This document shows, piece by piece, positions 48,684-64,000 of a DNA stretch of 64,000 bases; the stretch's first letter is position 1, and each line of letters starts with the position of its first letter. Source of the DNA: the human T2T-CHM13v2.0 reference genome, Homo sapiens; assembly GCF_009914755.1 (NCBI RefSeq), contig NC_060928.1; one strand, 5' to 3'. The translations under genes and the position numbers were made by a program. The notes beneath the pieces were generated by a model that was given only the letters and a program-made list of their open reading frames with translations, did no database searches and was not told the DNA's origin.

Positions 48684-49949
48684 TTAATTCATTTCTAAAT
48701 CACGAAATCTAAACAAGTGGATAGGAACTACCATAGTGTACAAGGCAGCTGTAGAATCACAGGAAATTGTCAATGACCCTGTCCTGCTTCAAGTTGACTT
48801 TTCTCCCTCATGGTGAGACTCTAGATTCTTTCCTCTTCTCTCACATTTTTTAGACTTTCAGGCCGAGACCATGAAAATAAGTTATGTCCTTCCAAGAAAA
48901 TAACGTTCATAACACTTACTGTATACCAGGCTGATTTCAGTGCTTTACCTCTATTAATTTACAACAACTCTGAGGCAGGAGCTGTAATTATGCCCATTTA
49001 ACAGATGACAAAACTGAGGCACAAAGCGGTGCTGGAACTTCTCAAAGTCGCACAGGTAGCAGGAGGCAGAGTTCGGATTTGAACTCACTTCAGGTTCAGC
49101 AACTCACAGCTCTCACCTATGACATAATATTACTTCTGTGGTCAAAACACTTAGACCTGGATTTCACAGGAATCTTGTGCTTGCCTGGCTGCTAGGGAGG
49201 TTTTCATCATCTTCCTTATCTCACAGTTCAAAACCCAGGGCCTCCAAGCTCTTGCTACGGTGGCCGTTCACTGGCAGGAGGCTTCTGGGAAGGTTCTCCT
49301 TTTCTGTCATTTTTCTTATTCGTGTTTTTTTGTCTCATTGGTGTTTATCTGCAGAACTTTGTTTCCTTCTGCTCAATTCATAATCAGAGTGCTTTTCCTC
49401 CTGGCTGAATTCATAAGTGTTTATGCAAAAAGAGGTTGGCGCAGAGCCAGGCGACTGACGACACCCGGCTCATCTGCCAAGTGGATATCAAATTGTTGCA
49501 TCTCGTTCTGCCATTCACAGCTCCTGCTGTGGGGCTGGGTCATCTGCCAGCTCTCCAAGGAGCTGGCGGGAAACCGCTGCAATCAGAGCCAACCCAGGGC
49601 CCGTGTGAGCCCGCCTTGGCACAGCACTCCAGCTGCCCCCAGTGCCTTTTGGGGACACATCTGCTTTGCCAGGCAGGGCTGTGGGAAGGCCGCCTGCCTC
49701 CTGTCCATCACAGGGAAAACCTACCCTTGTCCCGCGTCCCTTCCAGGAAGCCTGTGTGGAGATTGCTGCATTCACCTTTAATATGGCTAAAATGTTTTCC
49801 TTCAATGACAGTAATGCTGCCAGAACCCATCAAGACACCCAGGAACTGATGTGCCTTGGCAGATGATGCTGGAAAGATGGGATTCCCGGCAGCCTTTGCA
49901 TCCCTTGCTCACAGCCCACGAGCATCTCCACTGTCCAGCAGGTCAGGGC

Positions 49950-49953
<4 letters not shown>

Positions 49954-50013
<60 letters not shown>

Positions 50014-50043
50014 GGTCTCTCTCTCTCACGATCTCTCTCTCTC
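49954..50043. repeat. (CT)n microsatellite
   Basis: About 29 perfect CT units plus interrupted extension. Confidence 0.97.
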
Positions 50044-51241
50044 ATGGTCAGGGCAGAAAGAGAGAGAGTCCATCTGGAGCAGACTCGGATTTTAAATGAG
50101 TGTTCCCGATAATTTAACATGATCAATGGCTGAGGTATTTCACCAAGTTCAGGAGTCCCAGTTCTCAGAGAGAGACAGCCAGCCATGAGTGTAAGACCTG
50201 GTCAAACCGTACAAACCAGACAGCAGGTCTCGCACCTCCCCAGAGAGCTCCAGAGAATATCAAAGAGTGAAACAGCAGAGGGATGGTCTGGGTGGGGTCT
50301 TCGTGGCTGGTAAGGGTCTGTGACAGCACCTTGTTAGGCTACCCCCAAGAGGAAATTTGGAGAGAGGGTGGGAGGGCAGCTCTCAGTGCAAGCTAAGTCT
50401 CCTGGAAAGTAACTTCCAAACTTTGGAGGATTGTGAGCAAGATGGGACCAACTTCTACCTAAAAGCAACTTCTACCTAAAAGAATGTTAATAGAAAGATA
50501 ACTCATCCTAATATTGGTCCAAGCTGGGTCTTTATTATGCATCATAAAGGCTCTGAGAATAACAATGTAACCTCCAAAAGGGCTGCGGGCTTTGAGGAAT
50601 CTCAGGCAACTCGCTTCCTTCTGCTCAGTGACTCCCCTGGAGCACAGCAAAGCAAGGAAACACTTAGAGCCAAGCTTGAGTTCTGAATTTCAAATACAGG
50701 GCGTCCATCTCTTTCTACCCAATTGTTCCCTAGTTGAGTAACTAACTCCTTCCCCTTAACGGCACGTACTTCCTACCAAAGCAGAAGCGCGACGGGCTGT
50801 CCATGAGCCTCCCCAAAACATGTGCACCTTGTGACATAAATTCTGTCACCCAAAGAGACCAGACAAAATGCAAAACCAAAGTGGAGCCTTTCCTTGAATT
50901 ATAGGTTCTAAAGAGTTTTGGACCCTCTACAAAACCCAAGAGTTAGGAATTGCCTGTAAGAAGCACCAGCTCTTGTTTTAAAGAGGCAATTTAAGAATAA
51001 TAGCCATGCTGATGCCACACTACGCTAAGGGAGAATAATGAACCTAATAAAACTAGCGATTTTCCAATTGCTTTTGCTGCTGGAAACACTGATTATGCTA
51101 ATTAAAGTGTAGAATAGTAAATACCCACTGTTTTGCATCCAATTAAGTGTTCAGATTATTTCTCAGAAGTATTTGTTAAAAATAGCACTTCGGATAATCA
51201 TGGGTCCCAAATAAACAGAGTCAATTGTGGTGTGGTACATA

Positions 51242-51246
<5 letters not shown>

Positions 51247-51279
<33 letters not shown>
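51247..51279. repeat. (TG)n microsatellite
   Basis: About 16 TG units. Confidence 0.95.
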
Positions 51280-51282
<3 letters not shown>

Positions 51283-51847
51283 ACATGTCTTTCTGGAGCT
51301 CATTTTATGGAGATCCCGCATAGCTCCCCAAATTCCTGTGAGAACAAATAAAAAAAATCAGTTTTATAAGACTACAGCTTGGGATATCTTTGGAAAAGGA
51401 GTGTATTGAGAACACAGCATATGGAAATTATTTCGCGTTGGCAATATCTGTGATTTAACATTGCAACATTAGAAATCCAACTGGTTCTTCAAAGTCACCT
51501 AAGTCCCTCATAATGACAATATTAGCTTCTTCTAAATAATAAGTTAGCCAGTCAAACTATGTTCTACAGCATGTTAGAAGTTTCATCCTTCTAGTCAATG
51601 TCACATTTCAAGGCAAAGTCAATTTATATGTAAGTTAAACGAAGTGCTGTCACTAAAAATTGAGAATTATGTCTAATGCCAATCAGAAATGGAATAAATA
51701 AGTATTAGAGGATTTGCAAGTGAAAGCAACCACAGAAATTCTATCATCAGGAAGGAAAATGTATTACCTGCAGAGGTTACAGATAAGACGCTAGAACCCA
51801 GAAGAGAAAGAATCTCTGTAAATATTTCCATTAAGTTAATCAAGAGT

Positions 51848-52153
51848 GGCTGGGTACGGTGGCTCATGCCTGTAATCCCAGGACTTTGGGAGGCCAAAGA
51901 GGGCGGATCACGAGGTCAGGAGTTCGAGACCAGCCTGGCCAACATGGTGAAACACTGTCTCTATTAAAAATCCAAAAAATTAGCCAGGCGTGGTGGTATA
52001 CACCTGTAATCCCAGCTACCCAGGAGGCTGAGGCAGGAGAATTGGTTTAATCCAGAAGGCAGAGGTTGCAGCTAGCTGAGATCACACCATTGCACTCCAG
52101 CCTGGGTGACAGATCATGGCTCCATTTTGAAAAAAAAAATAAAGAAAGAAAGA
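51848..52153 (+). mobile_element. Alu (AluSg-like)
   Basis: Alu body; aagttaatca on both sides. Confidence 0.92.
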
Positions 52154-52527
52154 AAGTTAATCAGGGTGAGAATAGGATGAGTTTTTCGCCCACAAAAAGA
52201 GATGAGATTCATGCATTCTTTCAACATGCATTCCATCAATAGTGAGCACCTGCTCTGAGCTAGGCCCATTCTAGGTCTCAGAAAATGAGTAAGCAACCAG
52301 ACATGGCCCCTGATTTGGAGCTCACATTTTAGAGCAGCTAAATGGACAGTAAACAAGTAAGTAAATTAAGATCGTTTTAAATTGGGGGATGTTCTTTAGA
52401 GAAGCACTTCCATAAAGCTGAATCGCATCATAGACTATGACTGCCAGGTGGTAGGGAAGGTAATATCTCACCTGCTTGTGGATAGCAGAGCTTCTGAGGC
52501 CTTGCAAATTATTTAGTACTAAGATTT

Positions 52528-52760
52528 CTGTCTTAGGTCAAGTTCCCTAAAAGCAGAGCCTGAGGCAGGGATTGAGTGCATGTAATTCATTCAGGAAGAA
52601 CTCTCAGGAGATAGGAGTAAGGAAAACAGGATATGGCAGGGAACGAGCTAAGTGAGATGTGGTCTCAGCAGGAGACTGGCTCCAGTCTGATCTCACAGGG
52701 AGCTCCAGAGGATCAACTGCACCACCATGTTATCCCAACCTAAGGTCTTTTGTTCTCCTG
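52528..52760 (-). mobile_element. Old ERVL-type LTR remnant (LTR33/LTR16-like)
   Basis: tgtcttaggtcaagttccctaaaagcagagcctgaggcagggatt resembles LTR33 ends. Confidence 0.5.
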
Positions 52761-53526
52761 TGTCAGCCGGTCCCTGGCCAAGGGCTGCAGACTCTCTGGG
52801 GGCCCCAGCAGACTGGAGGAGAAGGAGCATGCTCTGTGGTCTACTCTTTTGTGCACACCCACCCACCTCTTCCCCAGCTGACACTGCTGGAGGAGGAGAG
52901 GGAGAGATGTCATCTCCTCCTATGGCAACCTGTGGGATAGCAACGGCCCTTTTCCTGCTGGGTGTAATCTGCTGCCATCTCTTGCTGTCTGCAGCCTGAC
53001 AGAGAAGGGTGAAGGTCACCAGGTTCCACTGATAGGGGTCTTTGTCTCAAGCGGCAACCCTAGGACCGAGGGTCCCTTGCAAGATTCAGTCACATTTCAT
53101 GACTGTCTGCAACACACCCCATGCCTCTGATGGAAGGAACACAATGCCCCATGCTGCACTCATTTCTGCCAGACTACAGTCCCTGATCTCAATTTCCCTC
53201 TGCAGTCCCCAACTCTGGGGTCTGCAGACACATTTCAGATCCCTCCTTTGTACCTCCCAGGAGGCAGAAGCCAGAGGAAATAATACTTGTCCCAATGCAC
53301 CTGACCACGCCACTTCACTGCACGCTCTTTCACCCTCTCCAGGAGAAATCAAGCTTGTTGAATACTTACCAATGTGTCCACATGCATTTAGTCCCCACAA
53401 CCACTTCATGGGGCAGCATTGTCATCCCCAAGTTACACATGAGGAAACTGAGTAGAGCATTTATATAACATGCATCTAAGTGGTGGACAAAGGATCTAAC
53501 CAGGCAGTGCGGCACCAGAGCACACA

Positions 53527-55239
<1,713 letters not shown>

Positions 55240-55240
<1 letters not shown>

Positions 55241-55404
55241 TGTATACATATATATGTATATATGTATGTGTATATATACACATATATACATGTATGTGTA
55301 TATATACACATATATACATGTATGTGTATATATGTATACATATGCACATATATATACATGTACATGTGTATGTGTGTGTATATATATATATGTGTATATA
55401 TATA
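55240..55404. repeat. (TA/TG/CA)n low-complexity repeat
   Basis: Mixed tatatg / tataca units. Confidence 0.95.
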
Positions 55405-55778
55405 AAAAACACACATGCACAAATTCACCACCAACAACTCAGAAATTACCGTCTCCTTCTATTCTAAGGAACTGTTTTTCATTTTGCCATCTCTGAAGTT
55501 GGAACACACCTTACAATCACTGGAATGTCAAGGTCTCGTTGGCAGCATTTTTCTGCTTAGTAGCCCATAAAATAATAGCACATCTTGTAACTAACAGTGT
55601 TGTAGATGCTATTAGATCCTGGGGAAGCCCAGAATCTAACTCCACCCTGTCTGACTCCAAAGACCATATATTTCCTATGCCTTTGGACTGGGGCACAGAT
55701 ATAGACAACTCGAGCTTTGCTGATTGTGAGAAAGGTATGAGAAATGGCCCCGATGGAATTTTCTTCTTGTACTTGCAG

Positions 55779-56404
55779 GGGAACAAAGTGGCATCATTCC
55801 ACTATTCCAAGGGAGGTGCTAAATAAGAGGGTGAGGCTGTCAAGCGGTCCCTGGTGGAGTCCTACACTCACCCAAACAGCAACGAGACAGAGCGGAGGGA
55901 GAACATCGATACCATCATGAACTGGTTCACCAAGGAAGACTTTGACTTTGTGACTCTGTGCTACAGAGAGCCAGATAACGTGGGACACCGATTCGGGCCA
56001 GAGGCAGAGAACAGGAAGTTGATGATTCAGCAAATCGGCAGGACCATCGGGTATCTGGAGGGAGCCACTGAGAAGCACAGCCTGCAGAGCACCTCAGCGT
56101 CATCATCACACGAGACCATGGGGTGACCACCGAGAAGAAGAGACCCAATGTCAACAAGATCCCCTTGTCCAACTACATCAAGTTCAGGGACTGGGTCAAG
56201 TTTGATATTGTGGGCTATGGTGGCTTTGGGATGCCCCTGCCCAAATCGGGGCAAGAAGAAGCCCTTTACCAGGCACTGAAGAATGCGTACCCTCACCTCC
56301 ACATCTACAAGAAGGAGGAGTTTCCAGAACACTTCCATATCGCTAAACATGACCGGGTTCTGCCAATCGTGATGTATGCCAACTCTGGTTACACTATCAA
56401 TGGG
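55779..56404 (+). pseudogene. ENPP7-like (alkaline sphingomyelinase / NPP family) pseudo-exon, ENPP7P-type
   Basis: Translates to NETERRENIDTIMNWFTKEDFDFVTLCYREPDNVGHRFGP...(frameshift)...DHG...HLHIYKKEEFPEHFH...GYTING; acceptor ttcttcttgtacttgcag, donor GTAAGT; in-frame TAA near 55824. Confidence 0.88.
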
Positions 56405-56433
56405 GTAAGTTCATTCTAAAATGAATAAAGTCA

Positions 56434-57330
<897 letters not shown>

Positions 57331-57756
57331 TAAACACCAACTTCATTATTCAAATTTCTGCATAGCGCTTCACTAAACATTAAATAGCAGTTCTTTCATT
57401 TTTGTCTTCCCAAAAACCCTATAAAATAGATGCTCTTAGTTCCACCACTTTAAAGAAGAAATCAAAATCTAGAAAGAAGTGACTTGATATTAAAAATGTA
57501 AGGTTGGGCTGGGTGCAGTGGCTCACACCTGTAATCCCAGCACTTTAGAAGGCTAAGGTAGGTAGATTTCTTGAGCCCAGGGGTTTGAGACCAGCCTAGG
57601 CAACACAGTGAAGCACCATCTCTACAAAAAATACAAAAAAATGTGGCTAGGCTTAGTGGCACGTGCCTGTGGTCCCAGCAACTCAGGAGGCTGAAGTGGG
57701 AGAACTGCTTGAGCCCGGGAATATTGAGTCTGCAGTGAGCCATGATCACGCCACTG

Positions 57757-59618
57757 TGAGATAGGAGGCAGGACTTGACTCCACAGGCAGGGCTTGGACA
57801 CCAGACCTAATTGACGACTAGCTAAAACAAGGCTGGGGCAGACGCAGCTTTCCATCAGACATGCCCACCAGTGTGCCATGTGAGTTTACTATTGCCAAGG
57901 CAACACCCGGGAGTTACTGCCCCTTTCCAGGGTAATGACCCAATGACTCAAAGGTTACTACCCATTTTCTAGAAATTCCTGCATAAACTGCCCTTTAATC
58001 TGCATGCAATTAAAAGTGGGTATAAATGTGATTGCAGACTCTCTGCCGCTACTCTCTGCCTCCAGGGTAACCCTGCCCTACAGGAGCAGTCACAGGGCTG
58101 TAATGCTGCCTCTTCAATAAAGCTGTTTTCTTCTAAACCTCCGGCTTGCCCTTGAATTCTTTCCTGGGTAAAGACAAGAACCCTCACGTGCTACTGAGAG
58201 GTGACAGCATGCTGGTGCCCTGGAGCTCACTCTCGGCACCTCCTCTGCCTGGGCTCCCACTTTGGCGGCACTTGAGGAGCCCTTCAGCCCGCCGCTGAAC
58301 TGTGGGAGCCCCTTCCTGAGCTGGCCGAGGCTGGAGCCAGCTCCCTCAGCTTGCGGCGAGGTATAGAGGGAGAGGCGCGGGCAGGAACTGGGGCTGGGCG
58401 TGGCGCTTGCGGGCCAGCGCTAGTTCCGGGTGGGCATGGGCTCACTGGGCCCCGCACTCAGAGTAGCCCGCTGGCCCCGCTGGACCCAGGCAGTGAGGGG
58501 CTTAGCACCTGGCCCAGCAGCTGCTTTGCTCAATTTCTTGCAGGGCCTTAGCTGCTTCCCTGCAGGGCAGGGCTCGGGACAAGCAGCCCGCCATGCCTGA
58601 GCCTCCCCCCAACTCTCCATGGGCTCCTGCGTGGCCTGAGCCTCCCTGATGAGTGCCGAGCCTCCCCAATGAGCACCGCCGCCTGCTGCAGGGCGCCCAG
58701 TCCCATCGACCACCCAAGGGCTGAGGAGTGCCAGCACAGGACACAGGACTGGCAGGCAGCTCCACCTGCGGCCCCCGTGTGGGATCTACTTGGTGAAGCC
58801 AGCTGGGCTCCTGAGTCTGGTGGGAACTTTGAGAACCTTTATGTCAAGCTAAGGGATTGTAAATACACCAATCGGCACTCTGTATCTAGCTCAAGGTTTG
58901 TAAACACACCAATCAGCACCCTGTGTCCAGCTCAGGGTTTGTCAATGCACCAATCGACACTCTGTGTCTAGCTAATGTAGTAGGGGCTTGGAGAACTTTT
59001 GTATCTAGCTCAGGTATTGTAAACGCACCAATCAGCACCCTGTCAAAACAGACCAATCAGCTCTCTGTAAAACAGACCAATCGGCTCTCTGTAAAATGGA
59101 CCAATCAGCAGGATGTGGGTGGGGCCAGATAAGGGAATAAAAGTAGGCTGCCCCAGCCAGCAGTGGCAACCCTCTGGGGTCCCTTTCCACACTGGGGAAG
59201 CTTTGTTCTTTTGCTCTTTGCAATAAATGTTGCTGCTGCTCACTCTTTGGGTCCACATTGCCTTTATGAGCTGTAACACTCACCTCGAAGGTCTGCAGCT
59301 TCACTCCTGAAGCCAGCGAGACTATGAACCCACCGGGAGGAACAAACAACTCCAGACGCACCGCCTTAAGAGCTGTAACACTCACCTTGAAGGTCTGCAG
59401 CTTCACTCCTGAAGCCAGTGAGACCACAAACCCACCAGAAAGAAGAAACTCTGAACACATCAGAGCATCAGAAGGAACAAACTCCAGACAAGCCACCTTT
59501 AAGAACTGTGACACTCATCCCGAGGGTCCGCAGCTTCATTCTTGAAGTCAGTGAGACCAAGAACCCACCAGTTCCGGACACACTATGCTCCATTTCAGGG
59601 CTCCCCTGCTCTGCGTCA
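57757..59618 (+). mobile_element. MER41-like solo LTR inserted in an AluJ (57506-57756 and 59623-59675), itself split by LTR12
   Basis: TGAGATAGGAGG...GCGTCA; perfect TSD ACTG (57753-57756 and 59619-59622). Confidence 0.78.
58195..59582 (+). mobile_element. LTR12 (ERV9) solo LTR, 1388 bp
   Basis: TGAGAGGTGACAGC...CCGGACACA; GC-rich U3, repeated CCAAT units, tandem U5 repeats; flanks CTAC/CTAT. Confidence 0.93.
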
Positions 59619-59769
59619 ACTGCACTCTGGCCTGAGTGGCAGAGAGAGAGACCCTATCTTAAAAAAAAGAAAGAAATGTAAGGTTAAGTGCTGCCCCCAA
59701 GCCTGAGTGGCCAATCATTATACAGAGTACACAAAGATCACCAAAAAAGTCACCACAGAAGCCCCCCGC

Positions 59770-60632
<863 letters not shown>

Positions 60633-60643
60633 AGCAGCTTTAA

Positions 60644-63823
<3,180 letters not shown>

Positions 63824-63985
63824 CTTCATTCTCTTCTTTTATAAGGACACCAGTCATTGCATCTGCCCCCTCACCAGCAGCCCCCAATCCAGGATGACTC
63901 ATCGTTACTTGATTACATCTAGAAAGACCCTATTTCCAAATAAGGTCACATTCCTGGGTACCGAGGATTAAGATTTCCAATTTTT
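63824..63985 (-). mobile_element. MLT1-family LTR fragment
   Basis: tataaggacaccagtcatt...ccctatttccaaataaggtcacattc. Confidence 0.75.
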
Positions 63986-64000
63986 AACCTGACTCATTTT

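Noticed and set aside
49138-50099. Cluster of 75-173 aa ORFs
   Set aside because: No recognisable domain; overlapping frames in GC-rich and CT-repeat sequence.
57966-57976. STAT/GAS site in the MER41-like LTR
   Set aside because: TTCTAGAAA does not match the canonical TTCNNNGAA.
59032-59545. Repetitive ORFs with duplicated peptides
   Set aside because: They derive from LTR12 internal tandem repeats.

Overview
Primate (hominoid-like) genomic DNA, saturated with repeats and with no intact cellular gene that I could recognise. From left to right: the 3' end of an L1PA element; an Alu/MLT/MER-rich stretch; a HERV-H provirus (LTR7, PBS-His, 9187-23248) whose pol is split by a nested HERV-E genome (12704-21039); a full-length type-2 HERV-K(HML-2) provirus (36575-46157) with a still-open dUTPase-protease-G-patch frame; one splice-site-flanked, frameshifted exon of an ENPP7-like gene (55779-56404); and nested solo LTRs (LTR1-like inside an Alu; LTR12 inside MER41-like inside an Alu). 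The ENPP7-like exon next to HERV-H/E and an old HML-2 resembles the multi-copy ENPP7P/ALG1L/FAM86/OR7E segmental duplication, which I recall rather than can prove here. The most unusual structure is the HERV-E. It has a perfect 4-bp target-site duplication but no 5' LTR and starts at its primer-binding site, so it would depend on the HERV-H LTR7 promoter and splice sites. Most ORFs in the supplied track are Alu, LTR or simple-repeat artefacts. Subfamily names come from recalled consensus sequences, and Alu/MLT/MER/MIR boundaries are approximate.
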